A stretch of 64,000 bases of DNA from Dehalococcoidia bacterium (GCA_041653995.1 JBAZEK010000001.1:1030613-1094612); one strand, 5' to 3'. Shown: positions 19,157 through 31,038, counted from the stretch's first letter. Program-made: numbers and translations. Notes: generated by a model from the letters alone, not told the origin.

Positions 19157-19750
19157 TCACTTCATTTGTTCGCGGAGCTTTTCGACCCCCCTGTGCAGCA
19201 GCGACTTGATTGTTCCCTCTTTCTTGCCCAGTATCTTCACCATCTCGCGTATCTTCTTTTTTTCGAAGAACTTCAGGGCTATGACCTCCTGATAAATAAA
19301 GGGCAGCTCGGAGATCTTTTTGTGCAGTGTAATGAATTCCTCGTGCCGGCTCAGCTCCTCCTCCGCCTCGCTTATCTCGTCGCTGTAATCACCGGTGTCC
19401 GCCAGGTCGGCGATGGATTCGATGCTGGATATCCTCCTTCCCCCCTCCCTGCGGTAATGGTCATTAACCTCATTGCTGGCGATACGGTAAAGCCAGGCCG
19501 CGAAGGGCACGTCCCGCCAGCGATACTTTTTAATCTGCGCAAAGGCTTTGAGAAAGGTTATCGATGTTATGTCAAGTGCTAACTGAACACTGGCAGTTCG
19601 TTTCAAAGCATAGTTGAAGATGCGCCGGTAGTAGATTTCGTACAGTTCTCCGAAGGCTTCCGGGCTGTGCTGGGCGCGCTTCACCAGCTCCTTTTCCGCT
19701 TGCAACTGGTCCGGCGAAAGCGAAGTATCAGACGTCATATGATCAGGCAT
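19157..19750 (-). CDS. ECF-type RNA polymerase sigma-70 family factor
   Basis: Region 2 ('FGELYEIYYRRIFNYALKR', 'DVPFAAWLYRIASN') and region 4 HTH ('IREMVKILGKKEGTIKSLLHRG'). Confidence 0.85.
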   Translation of the reverse strand: MPDHMTSDTSLSPDQLQAEKELVKRAQHSPEAFGELYEIYYRRIFNYALKRTASVQLALDITSITFLKAFAQIKKYRWRDVPFAAWLYRIASNEVNDHYRREGGRRISSIESIADLADTGDYSDEISEAEEELSRHEEFITLHKKISELPFIYQEVIALKFFEKKKIREMVKILGKKEGTIKSLLHRGVEKLREQMK

Positions 19751-19881
19751 GTAACACAGTTTAACTCATAACGTAATGGATGCAAAAAGGTTGCATGCGT
19801 AAAACAGGCTGCAACGATATTGGTAATTGTGGCAGGCAACATGCACGGCCTGTATGCGAACTGACGGGCAGCGCGATCCGG

Positions 19882-20559
19882 CTACTGGTTCTTGAAACCC
19901 CAGCGCCAGATGACTGCCGCCAGGATGCCGCCTATGAGGGGCGCAACCCAGAAGAGCCAGAGCTGCGACAGTGCCTCTCCGCCAACTACCAGCGCGGGCC
20001 CAAAGCTGCGCGCCGGATTAACAGAGGTCCCTGTGATGGGTATCCCCACCAGGTGGATAAGCACCAGCGAGAGACCGATGGCCAGCCCGGCAAAGCCCGC
20101 CGGGGCATTTTTGCTGATGGATCCGAAGATAACGAAAAGGAAGAGGGCGGTCAGCACGATTTCAGCCACGAAACAGGATAACAGGTTGAACTGGCCGGGA
20201 GATAGAGCGCCGTATCCGTTCTGGCCCAGGCCGTTAACCGCCAGTGAGTATTCGGGCATACCGCTGGCTATCAGCCACAGCAGCAGGGCAGCCAGCACAC
20301 CGCCCACACACTGGAATATCACGTAAAAAATGGTGTCTTTCCAGCCCAGCCTTCCGGCAACCAGCATGGCCACGGATATGGCCGGATTAATATGGCAGCC
20401 TGATATGTTGCCGATGGCGTACACCATCGCCAGCACGGTCAGACCGAAGGCGAAGGAGATGCCCATGAAGCCGATATACTTGCCGGCGATAACGGCGCTG
20501 CCGCATCCTATCAGCACCAGCGCAAATGTGCCTATCAGTTCCGCCCAGTACTTTTTCAC
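19882..20559 (-). CDS. aqpZ: aquaporin Z / MIP-family channel
   Basis: Two NPA boxes ('GCHINPAISVA', 'GTSVNPARSFGP') and 6 TM helices. Confidence 0.9.
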   Translation of the reverse strand: MKKYWAELIGTFALVLIGCGSAVIAGKYIGFMGISFAFGLTVLAMVYAIGNISGCHINPAISVAMLVAGRLGWKDTIFYVIFQCVGGVLAALLLWLIASGMPEYSLAVNGLGQNGYGALSPGQFNLLSCFVAEIVLTALFLFVIFGSISKNAPAGFAGLAIGLSLVLIHLVGIPITGTSVNPARSFGPALVVGGEALSQLWLFWVAPLIGGILAAVIWRWGFKNQ

Positions 20560-20592
20560 TTCCCGTTTACCTCCTTTCCCGGATTATTCGAT

Positions 20593-21294
20593 CTACTTTT
20601 TCAGCGAATCAAGCGCATTCTGCCAGGCAAGCACGGTCGCATAGGCTGTATTCTTATTAAATGCGATATACAGGTCGACCTTGTGCACAAAGGCCACCGC
20701 TTCGATCTCAGCCGGATCCACGCCCGCCTGCTTGGCCACCAACGCCACATCGGCGCCCGTGCCCAGCCAGAGGTCTGCTTCTCCCGCCACCAGCTTCTTC
20801 AGGCCATCGGCGGTTGAATCGACATAAGCGAAATTGATGCATCCCTGCTGAGCCAGCTTCTGCTGGCCCGCTTCATCTTTAACAACGGCAATGCATTTAA
20901 CGGTCCTGGCCTCATCGATACTGCTAACTCTGACATTCGAGCCCTTCCTGGCATAGAGCCAGTTCTCGTAAGAGCCTATAGGACCCACCCACATGAAAAG
21001 GTTTTCCCTTTCCGACGTCCTGGCCATGGAATAAAGCGCGGTATCGGGTTCCGCAAGCACGACCTCGTAGGCCTGTGACCACGGCAACACCTCGATGGTG
21101 ATGTTCTCGCCCAGCTTGTTGATTACACCTTTGACCGCCTCGGTGGATGAACCGACCAGGTTGCCGCCGGCATCGGTGTAATTGAAAGGAGGATATTCCT
21201 CCGTCATAACGCGCAGTTTAGCGGGCTGCGCCGGCGTTGTGCATGCAGTGACAAGCAGTATTACTGCTATAAGAGCAAAACAAAGTCTCTTCAT
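20593..21294 (-). CDS. periplasmic solute-binding protein (family 3 / amino-acid-type), lipoprotein
   Basis: Signal peptide 'MKRLCFALIAVILLVTAC' from the internal Met. 'EEYPPFNY' motif is typical of SBP_bac_3. Confidence 0.65.
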   Translation of the reverse strand: MKRLCFALIAVILLVTACTTPAQPAKLRVMTEEYPPFNYTDAGGNLVGSSTEAVKGVINKLGENITIEVLPWSQAYEVVLAEPDTALYSMARTSERENLFMWVGPIGSYENWLYARKGSNVRVSSIDEARTVKCIAVVKDEAGQQKLAQQGCINFAYVDSTADGLKKLVAGEADLWLGTGADVALVAKQAGVDPAEIEAVAFVHKVDLYIAFNKNTAYATVLAWQNALDSLKK

Positions 21295-21558
21295 ATCTCC
21301 TACCTCAGTGGTTTTTAACAAGATTATACTCCAGATTCGGCAATGTCAATAGGTGAATGGTACTGGACCAAACACTGGGACAAGATGAAAATCGAGATCG
21401 AGGCGGCGCAGCAATACGAGAGCCGTGAATCGCCTGCTTAATCATTCAGACAGGTCAGTCCGCCTTTGTGTGAATCTGATGCAATTTGGTAGCCCTGCAC
21501 AACGGAGCTATAATGCAATTCAGACCCGAGTATAGTGTCGCTGGAGGTTCTGTCTAAT

Positions 21559-22032
21559 ATGAACTTCAAATTTATTCCGGCATTGCTCTTAATGATACTG
21601 GTTTTATCCGGCTGCGCTTCCGGCACAGCTGATTCCAACACCCCACCAACTCCCACCCCGTCAGATAACTCAACTTCAGCGCCTTCGGACAAGGCGCCGC
21701 GCATCAGCATCGAAGAGCTGTTGCAGAAGATGAACAGCGGATCGGATATCCTCATTGTCGATGCCAGGAGGGATGTGGAAGAACAATTCAAGATAGCGCA
21801 TATCAAGGGCGCCATTGCGGTTCCTCCCGATAAAATCACGGCGGGACAATGGACGCCGCCGCCTGATCTAAACAGAGAAATAGTCATCTACTGCTCCTGT
21901 CCCAACGATGGGACAAGCGCCAGCGCTGTGCTTGTACTGGTTAGTAAAGGTTACACCAACGTCAGGGCATTGAAGGGCGGCTGGAACGCCTGGCAGGCAG
22001 CCGGATACCCTGTGGAATCCGGTACCGATTAG
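21559..22032 (+). CDS. rhodanese-domain lipoprotein
   Basis: ATG 21559 after GGAGG. Lipobox 'LSGC'. 'ILIVDARRDVEEQFKIAHIKGA...IVIYCSCPNDGTSA' rhodanese active-site loop. Confidence 0.8.
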   Translation: MNFKFIPALLLMILVLSGCASGTADSNTPPTPTPSDNSTSAPSDKAPRISIEELLQKMNSGSDILIVDARRDVEEQFKIAHIKGAIAVPPDKITAGQWTPPPDLNREIVIYCSCPNDGTSASAVLVLVSKGYTNVRALKGGWNAWQAAGYPVESGTD

Positions 22033-22053
22033 GGAGTTTACTTCCGGCTCATT

Positions 22054-23361
22054 TTACTCAGGCGTAATCTCAGAGATATAGGAAACGCCGGCAACAGCAC
22101 GTTTGATGCGGGTTGTATCCAGAAGGTGACGCATATCCACAAACTCACCGGCGCGCGCGATCCTTCTGATTTCTCCGTCCAGATCCAGGGCATAATCCCA
22201 CTGCATATTTTCAAAGACCACACCGTGGTTATGCAGCAGCATCATCTTCTTATCGCCGACATTGGCCGGGTGCATATAGAACGCGTTCTCCAGTGCTGAT
22301 TTCGACAGGTGGGACAGGTCGGCCGTCAGGTCCAGCCCCAGTCCGAAGCTGATCATGGTCCGGCCGGGCAGCTTCGGCTCCAGATTAATGTCCATCCATT
22401 TCTCTATATTTTCAGGATCCGTAATCAGTCCTTTGTTGGCCGGGGCGTGTTTTTTGATGGGGGAGATTTTGACGCCGGAGCTGAAAAGCACGTCCAGGTC
22501 GGCTATCATGGCCACGCTCACCAGGCCACGATTAATCACCTGCCGCTCCCGGGCTATATCGAAAACGGCTTCGTACAGCTCGCTGAGGGTAATCGCTTTG
22601 CTGCCAGCGTCGTCACCTACCAGCATGATATCGTTAAATTCACCATGCAAAGCCAGATTGAGACCGGTGTGGATCATGACCTCGCCTGTATCTTTTTGAG
22701 GGATGAGAAAATCGGGTGTGTCGTTTCCGTCGGTGGGCAGCCAGACCATGGTGCCTCCGCTGGTCATCATTTCGCCCAGCAGCGGCAGGCAGTCTTCAAG
22801 GCTACCGCCCAACGCCCCCAGGCCGATGGAATACTCCGCCTCGGAGAAACGCCTCTGCCGTATATCGCCTGATTCCAGGGTGGCATTCATTACTTTGCTC
22901 AGATCGCCCACGGTCTTCAGAGTGGCGGGGCGATCGGTAACGTGGAAGACGTGAAAGCTGGTATCCTTTCTGTGGTAACAGGGAAGGCTTCCCCAGTCCT
23001 TTTCGGAGCGTCTCATATCCTTCAGCATGGAGCTGTGGTTGACGGCTTCGTCCACCGTAGAATAGGTGGGGAACATGCCTTCCATACCCGCCATCTTCAA
23101 GACCTGGGCCGGGTATTCCGTAATTCCACACAGGGAGAGATGCCCTTTTCTGCCGGCCAGTTTTTTATGTATGGAGAGAAGGAGCCTGATGCCCCCGCTG
23201 CTCAAATACAGCGCGCCGGACATATCGAGCACCAGATAGTGATCGTCCTCCGTTACAAGGAACTCAAGCTCTTTGCCCAGGCCGGCGGCCTCAAAGGCGC
23301 CCAGCCTGCCCTCCAGAGCCACCACCAGGATGCCGTTTCTGCGTTCCGATTTAATGCTCAC
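22054..23361 (-). CDS. STAS-domain protein fused to a ~320-aa unrecognised C-terminal domain
   Basis: N-terminal ~105 aa look like an anti-sigma-factor antagonist ('ILVVALEGRLGAFEAAGLGKEL...LVLDMSGALYLSSGGIRLLLS'). I do not recognise the remainder. Confidence 0.7.
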   Translation of the reverse strand: MSIKSERRNGILVVALEGRLGAFEAAGLGKELEFLVTEDDHYLVLDMSGALYLSSGGIRLLLSIHKKLAGRKGHLSLCGITEYPAQVLKMAGMEGMFPTYSTVDEAVNHSSMLKDMRRSEKDWGSLPCYHRKDTSFHVFHVTDRPATLKTVGDLSKVMNATLESGDIRQRRFSEAEYSIGLGALGGSLEDCLPLLGEMMTSGGTMVWLPTDGNDTPDFLIPQKDTGEVMIHTGLNLALHGEFNDIMLVGDDAGSKAITLSELYEAVFDIARERQVINRGLVSVAMIADLDVLFSSGVKISPIKKHAPANKGLITDPENIEKWMDINLEPKLPGRTMISFGLGLDLTADLSHLSKSALENAFYMHPANVGDKKMMLLHNHGVVFENMQWDYALDLDGEIRRIARAGEFVDMRHLLDTTRIKRAVAGVSYISEITPE

Positions 23362-23502
23362 AACGATTCAATTTAATTAATAAGCCGGAGTATGTCAACA
23401 GACAGCAGTCCGAATAAAGACGGTACACAACCGGTAATACACTTGACAGAATGTATAGTATGCTTTACAATTAGTATAATAAACTATATAGGAGACGTTG
23501 TA

Positions 23503-23883
23503 ATGCAAGTAAGCAGATTCCGAGTCTACAGGGCGATTATAGCCGCCGGGCTGGCCGTTGCCGTGGCGATTGCGATCGCCACCGATATCCCCTTAATCGC
23601 GCTGGTCGCGGTTGTCGTTGCTATCGCGCTTGCCATAGTTCTGGAACGCCGCAACAAAGAGATCGTGCGGGATGAGCGGATCCAGCAGATCGGCGGGAGG
23701 GCCGCCACTGCATCTTTCAACAGCGTGATTATACTGGCGGCTGTGGCCGCGCTGGGCGCTGCCCTTTTCCGCAATCAATTGCCTGAAAATATTGTATTCG
23801 TCGGCAACATCATGGGCTATTTCGTCTGCATCGCCATAATACTGCACCTGTGCTTTTACGCATATTTCAGCCGCAAGCTTTAG
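23503..23883 (+). CDS. multi-pass membrane protein (DUF2178-like)
   Basis: ATG 23503 after AGGAGA. 4 TM helices. Followed 9 nt later by a short XRE gene; paralogous organisation to 3099..3919. Confidence 0.55.
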   Translation: MQVSRFRVYRAIIAAGLAVAVAIAIATDIPLIALVAVVVAIALAIVLERRNKEIVRDERIQQIGGRAATASFNSVIILAAVAALGAALFRNQLPENIVFVGNIMGYFVCIAIILHLCFYAYFSRKL

Positions 23884-23892
23884 GGTGTAAAT

Positions 23893-24129
23893 ATGAAAAA
23901 CAGGTTAAAGGTATTCCGGGCCATGCACGACCTCACACAGGAGGCGCTGGCCGATCGATTGCGCGTGACCAGGCAGACGGTCATATCCATCGAAAACGGC
24001 AAATACGACCCTTCCCTGCCGCTTGCCTTCCGTATCGCCAATCTTTTTAACGTGAAAATCGAGGACGTCTTCTTCTACGAAGGTGGTCCGGGTGAGTTCC
24101 ACGGCTATCCACCCAGGTCTGAAAAATGA
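23893..24129 (+). CDS. XRE-family HTH regulator (short, YozG-like)
   Basis: 'LTQEALADRLRVTRQTVISIENGKYDPSLPLAFRIANLF'. Confidence 0.85.
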   Translation: MKNRLKVFRAMHDLTQEALADRLRVTRQTVISIENGKYDPSLPLAFRIANLFNVKIEDVFFYEGGPGEFHGYPPRSEK

Positions 24130-24148
24130 AGCCGCCGCAAAGAAGCAG

Positions 24149-24538
24149 TCATGCCTTCCCAAAAGCGCCCTGGAGTATCAGTAGAGCCGAAATTGTAAAA
24201 ATAACCGGACAAAGTCTATATGGAATAAAATCGATTTGGGCGCCTGTAAACAGCGACAGCACTGCCATCGCTATCAGCATGACCGCTGCTGATACAAACA
24301 CAACTTTCCGTGATTTCAGATTACTGTAGTTGAGTGCTGCAACGAGAATTACCAACCCTCCCAGGAATAAGAGCGTCAGGCCTTCATTTATCCATTCCAT
24401 CAAAACTATTCTTGTATTGTCGACTGAAATGGCGCCGAATCCATCGACAACCGAATCAGTGGGAATCAAGTGAGCAATACCCCATAAGATACACAGTGCG
24501 CCACCGATTATAACCAATACTTTCCTGGCCATCTTCAC
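24149..24538 (-). CDS. small integral membrane protein (4 TM)
   Basis: 129-aa hydrophobic ORF, convergent with the XRE gene. Confidence 0.5.
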   Translation of the reverse strand: MKMARKVLVIIGGALCILWGIAHLIPTDSVVDGFGAISVDNTRIVLMEWINEGLTLLFLGGLVILVAALNYSNLKSRKVVFVSAAVMLIAMAVLSLFTGAQIDFIPYRLCPVIFTISALLILQGAFGKA

Positions 24539-24642
24539 ACTCCTTCAATTTGTTACCGCACCATCCAGTTCAGGCAGCTGCCCAATCAATTACAATAGTA
24601 TCCCATCCGACCTCCCATAGTCATCACGCCATTTTCATTTCA

Positions 24643-24666
24643 GTAATCTCACGACTGTTTCTTAAA
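24643..24666. repeat. 24-nt direct repeat, left copy, flanking TA cassette
   Basis: 'gtaatctcacgactgtttcttaaa' recurs at 25312-25335 with 1 mismatch. Confidence 0.8.
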
Positions 24667-24701
24667 TATGGTATGATAATATGTAATACCAGGAGGTCAT
24701 A

Positions 24702-24944
24702 ATGGGCAAGGAAAAGATAGCGATCACTATTGATGGGCAGCTTGTCAGCGAACTTGACGGGCTGGTGGGTAAAAACGTCTTTCAGAGCCGCAGCCAGGCT
24801 ATTCAGGAAGCTGTCCATGAAAAACTTATGCGAATCAGAAAGACCCGCCTGGCGGAAGAGTGCGCCAAACTTAATCCTTCATTTGAAAGAGCCCTCTCCG
24901 AGGACGGATTTGAAGGGGATATTAAACAGTGGCCGGAATACTGA
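24702..24944 (+). CDS. ribbon-helix-helix (CopG/MazE-like) antitoxin
   Basis: 'KIAITIDGQLVSELDGLV...SRSQAIQEAVHEKL' RHH pattern. AGGAGG upstream. Overlaps the toxin ORF by 16 nt. Confidence 0.75.
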   Translation: MGKEKIAITIDGQLVSELDGLVGKNVFQSRSQAIQEAVHEKLMRIRKTRLAEECAKLNPSFERALSEDGFEGDIKQWPEY

Positions 24945-25264
24945 GGGGAGAGATCCGCTGGGCGGACTTAAGCCCAACTCGGGGACATGAACAAACGGGT
25001 TTGCGCCCCGTGCTCGTTGTCAGTCACGACGTTTTCAATGAACGCTCGGGCACCGCTATTGTAGTCGCAATCACGAGTCAGCTGCAGCAGGCTGGTTTTC
25101 CACTTGTCCTGGAGTTGAAAACGGGAGGCCTTCCCAAGCGTTCATGGGCAAAAATCAGCCAGATCAGGACCGTTTCAACTGAAAGGCTGGGCAATAAAGT
25201 CGGTAGATTATCCCACGAAGAGCTGGCAAAAATCATCGATGGTCTGAACGAAATCGTTGCATAA
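24929..25264 (+). CDS. MazF/PemK-family toxin
   Basis: 'RGEIRWADLSPTRGHEQTGLRPVLVVSHDVFN...AIVVAITS'. GTG start. Confidence 0.8.
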   Translation: MAGILRGEIRWADLSPTRGHEQTGLRPVLVVSHDVFNERSGTAIVVAITSQLQQAGFPLVLELKTGGLPKRSWAKISQIRTVSTERLGNKVGRLSHEELAKIIDGLNEIVA

Positions 25265-25311
25265 ATATACGCCGGGCAGCTTCGAGAAAAACATACTGCA
25301 TTATTATTTAG

Positions 25312-25335
25312 GTAATCTCACGACTGCTTCTTAAA
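25312..25335. repeat. 24-nt direct repeat, right copy
   Basis: 'gtaatctcacgactgcttcttaaa', 23/24 identical to 24643-24666. Confidence 0.8.
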
Positions 25336-25368
25336 CAGGCATGCAACCTGCATCACCAACCTGCCGGG

Positions 25369-25397
25369 TTGAATTCACCGGTCACTGGTGATAGTAT
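25369..25397 (+). promoter_or_regulatory. candidate promoter TTGAAT-17 nt-TAGTAT
   Basis: Hexamers at 25369-25374 and 25392-25397. The spacer contains the small inverted repeat tcacc...ggtga. Confidence 0.4.
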
Positions 25398-25430
25398 TTC
25401 CAACATAATACGCATAAAGGAGGACTATTG

Positions 25431-25484
25431 ATGCTTGCCATTTTAATAACTGCGGATATTACATCCCTTGAGGTTTCAGGCTAG
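25431..25484 (+). CDS. 17-aa mini-ORF (MLAILITADITSLEVSG)
   Basis: AAAGGAGG lies 6 nt upstream of the ATG. Bracketed by the candidate promoter and an intrinsic terminator. No homology claim. Confidence 0.3.
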   Translation: MLAILITADITSLEVSG

Positions 25485-25517
25485 ATACCATATCATCGTT
25501 TAACCGATAGATTGCCG

Positions 25518-25543
25518 GTCGTTCCGCAGGGAACGGCTTTTTT
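25518..25543 (+). terminator. intrinsic terminator
   Basis: Stem cgttcc/ggaacg (extendable) with loop gcag, followed by TTTTTT at 25538-25543. Confidence 0.6.
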
Positions 25544-25654
25544 GTTCTTCTCCTGATCAGGAAGTAAGGCTTAATTACGCACGGGGTGTGAGTCCGTGGA
25601 TTATTCGACATTGAATAATGTCCTGATTAACTTACTTTCGAAAAGGAGCAAGAA

Positions 25655-26764
25655 TTGAATATAGCTTCAAACCATTCACGAACACCCAACCTCCAGGATA
25701 TAGGGTGGAATTCGTTTTTTCAGAAGAGCTACCGGGCGTTGCAAATCCCGGACACCATGCCTGCCAGAGTCATCACCGAACTCAAGGATGCTTTTCAGGT
25801 TTACACTGAATGCGGGGAATTGACTGCCGCGGTTTCAGGCAGGATGAGACACTTCGCTGAAAGTGAAGAACGATATCCGGCCGTCGGCGACTGGGTTGTC
25901 ATCAAACGGCTGAATAACGAACGGAAAGCGGTAATCCATGCCGTACTGCCGAGAAAGAGCAAATTCTCCAGGAAAGTTGCCGGGGAACGTACCGAAGAGC
26001 AGATTGTCTCGGCTAACATAGACACCGTTTTCATTGTCAGCGCTATGGACGGCGGCAGGAACTTCAATCTCCGGCGGATTGAGCGATATCTCACACTTGC
26101 CTGGAGCAGCGGCGCCACCCCGGTAGTTGTCCTCAATAAAGTCGACCTGTGCACGGATATCGATACGCCCGTTCACGAAGTCGAGACTGTCGCTCCGGGC
26201 ATATCCATTCACCCGGTCAGCGCCCGTGAGAAAATCGGTCTGGATGCGCTCACAGCTTACCTGGGAAGAGGAAAAACGACTGCTTTTCTGGGCTCCTCGG
26301 GCGTGGGCAAATCCGCACTGATCAATGCGCTGCTCGGCGTGGAGAGACAGAAGACGGGAGAGGTCCGGGGAGACGACCGCATGGGCAGGCACACCACGAC
26401 CAGACGCGAACTGATCATCCTTCCCGGCGGCGGCATGGTGATTGATACGCCGGGTATGAGGGAAATCCAGATGTGGGCCGGAGAAGAGGACCTGCAGGCG
26501 GCATTTCAAGATATCGAGATGCTGGCCGGACAATGCCGCTTCAGCGATTGCAGTCACAACACGGAATCCGGCTGCGCCGTAAAAGCAGCAATCGCCAGGG
26601 GCGCTCTTGACCCATCCAGGCTGGAGAGCTTCAGGAAACTGCAGAGGGAAATAGATTACCTTGCATACAGGGAAGAGCATGGTACACGCCTGTACGAAAA
26701 GCTCAGATGGAAGAAAGTAGCTAAGCTGGTGAAAGAAATAAAGCATAATCCCAAGAATCGTTAA
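25655..26764 (+). CDS. rsgA: ribosome small-subunit-dependent GTPase A
   Basis: Circularly permuted GTPase: 'VVLNKVDL' (G4) precedes 'GSSGVGKSALINAL' (G1). C-terminal zinc knuckle 'CRFSDCSHNTESGCAV'. TTG start after AAGGAG. Confidence 0.9.
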   Translation: MNIASNHSRTPNLQDIGWNSFFQKSYRALQIPDTMPARVITELKDAFQVYTECGELTAAVSGRMRHFAESEERYPAVGDWVVIKRLNNERKAVIHAVLPRKSKFSRKVAGERTEEQIVSANIDTVFIVSAMDGGRNFNLRRIERYLTLAWSSGATPVVVLNKVDLCTDIDTPVHEVETVAPGISIHPVSAREKIGLDALTAYLGRGKTTAFLGSSGVGKSALINALLGVERQKTGEVRGDDRMGRHTTTRRELIILPGGGMVIDTPGMREIQMWAGEEDLQAAFQDIEMLAGQCRFSDCSHNTESGCAVKAAIARGALDPSRLESFRKLQREIDYLAYREEHGTRLYEKLRWKKVAKLVKEIKHNPKNR

Positions 26765-26831
26765 CCGGCTGCAGACGTTTGAACCAATAGTCTCCCTCGC
26801 ATCATTCTTGATCGCAGGGGGGCTATCAGTT

Positions 26832-26871
26832 TTGACCATTTGATTAATAATTGCTACAGTTATTGATATCA
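26832..26871 (+). promoter_or_regulatory. candidate promoter (TTGACC-17-TACAGT) overlapped by an AT-rich inverted repeat (possible Fur/PerR box)
   Basis: 'tgattaataattg' (26841-53) and 'cagttattgatatca' (26857-71) are imperfect inverted copies, directly upstream of the Fur-family gene. Confidence 0.35.
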
Positions 26872-26886
26872 GGATGTATTACTAAT

Positions 26887-29545
<2,659 letters not shown>

Positions 29546-29561
29546 TACCATAAACGCTTTT

Positions 29562-29600
29562 CTGTGATTCAAAGGTAACAATGTTACCTTTGAATCACAG
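29562..29600. terminator. perfect 18-bp stem hairpin downstream of katG
   Basis: 'ctgtgattcaaaggtaac'-aat-'gttacctttgaatcacag'. No T-tract follows, so terminator function is inferred. Confidence 0.45.
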
Positions 29601-29661
29601 TAGCAATCCATTATGAACCCGCAGGCAGGGCAGAATGACTATGCTATGATAGATACTCACA

Positions 29662-30966
29662 ATGGTCTATTTCGAAATAATCATCATTATCTTTTTGACT
29701 ATGCTCAACGGCTTGCTCGCCATGTCCGAGCTTGCTATTGTCTCTTCACGTAAAAGCCGTCTTGAACAGATGATGAAAAACGGGGACAAGGGGGCGCGTT
29801 CAGCTCTCCGGCTCCTCGAGAATCCCAGCCGGTTCCTTTCAACCGTCCAGATAGGCATCACTCTTATCGGCCTGATCGCCGGTGCATTTAGTGGAGCAAC
29901 GATCGGACACCGCCTTGGGCTTTGGCTGGATTCCTTTCCAGTGATCTCACCATATGGTGACATACTGGGTATAGGTGTTACGGTTATAGCCATTACGTAT
30001 TTATCTGTGATAATAGGTGAACTCGTCCCAAAGCGGATTGCCTTTGCCCAACCTGAGAGGATTGCTGCTTCCATTGCCAGGCCAATGCAGGTGCTCTCGC
30101 TCATATTCACGCCTGCGGTCTGGTTGCTTCACGTATCAACCGAAGGAGTGTTGCGTGTATTCCACATGTCGGCAAACAGGGAAACAAGCATCACTGAAGA
30201 TGAGGTCAAATCACTCATCACCGAAGGGACAAGAGCGGGTGTCTTTGCTCCGCAAGAAAAGGAGATGATCGATGGTGTACTCAGGCTGGCAGACCGCCCG
30301 GTAAGAGCAATCATGACACCGCATTCCAAGATAATCTGGTTGGACTTACAATCAGATCGGGATACTATACTCAAGATACTGGAGACCAACCGCTTTTCCC
30401 GTGTTTTAGTCTGTGATGGAACTCTGGATAAGCCGATTGGCGTTGTGAATGCTAAAGACCTTCTGCCAAAAGCCATGACTTGCGCTGATATTAATCTGGC
30501 TGATTTGATTACACCTTTGCTTTATGTTCCTGAAAACACATCTATCCTTATACTTCTCAATCAATTCAAGAAAGAAAAGGTGCATGTGGCCGCCGTAATC
30601 GACGAATACGGCATGACTAAAGGGCTGGTCACGCTCACCGATGTAATCGAAGCAGTCGCTGGAGATTTGCCGGAACTTGGCGAAGATATGACTCCTGAGA
30701 TTACCCAAAGAGATGACGGATCGTGGCTGATCGACGGCATGCTGCCGACGGATGAATTGGAATCCATCACCGGCATCAGCGTGGGGAAAAGTATGAAGAT
30801 CCTTGCCGGATTCGTAATGGAACAGCTTGGACATATACCGGCAGCAGGTGAGAGCTTCATCTATGGGAGCTATCGGTTTGAAGTGGTGGACATGGACGGC
30901 AACCGTATCGACAAGGTACTCATCCAAAACATTCAAAACGCTGCTGAAGCTCAAAGCTCGGATTAG
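29662..30966 (+). CDS. CNNM/TlyC-family protein (DUF21-CBS pair-CorC_HlyC)
   Basis: 434 aa. N-terminal 4-TM DUF21 ('LAMSELAIVSSRKSRL'), CBS region, and C-terminal transporter-associated domain. Confidence 0.85.
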   Translation: MVYFEIIIIIFLTMLNGLLAMSELAIVSSRKSRLEQMMKNGDKGARSALRLLENPSRFLSTVQIGITLIGLIAGAFSGATIGHRLGLWLDSFPVISPYGDILGIGVTVIAITYLSVIIGELVPKRIAFAQPERIAASIARPMQVLSLIFTPAVWLLHVSTEGVLRVFHMSANRETSITEDEVKSLITEGTRAGVFAPQEKEMIDGVLRLADRPVRAIMTPHSKIIWLDLQSDRDTILKILETNRFSRVLVCDGTLDKPIGVVNAKDLLPKAMTCADINLADLITPLLYVPENTSILILLNQFKKEKVHVAAVIDEYGMTKGLVTLTDVIEAVAGDLPELGEDMTPEITQRDDGSWLIDGMLPTDELESITGISVGKSMKILAGFVMEQLGHIPAAGESFIYGSYRFEVVDMDGNRIDKVLIQNIQNAAEAQSSD

Positions 30967-31005
30967 CAATCATTATCTTTGGCTTTGCCGCTCCCTTTGA
31001 CGCTC

Positions 31006-31029
31006 GCCCGCCCGGTTGCGGGCCGTTTT
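31006..31029 (+). terminator. possible intrinsic terminator
   Basis: gcccgc-ccggtt-gcgggc followed by cgTTTTg. Confidence 0.35.
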
Positions 31030-31038
31030 GATCTGGGT

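Noticed and set aside
21438-21887. 149-aa minus-strand ORF opposite the rhodanese gene.
   Set aside because: The plus-strand ORF has an SD, a lipobox and the rhodanese active-site loop.
25835-26839. 334-aa minus-strand ORF antisense to rsgA.
   Set aside because: The plus strand carries unmistakable RsgA GTPase and zinc-knuckle motifs. The antisense product is low-complexity (Arg/Ala/Gly-rich), as is typical of GC-rich antisense frames.
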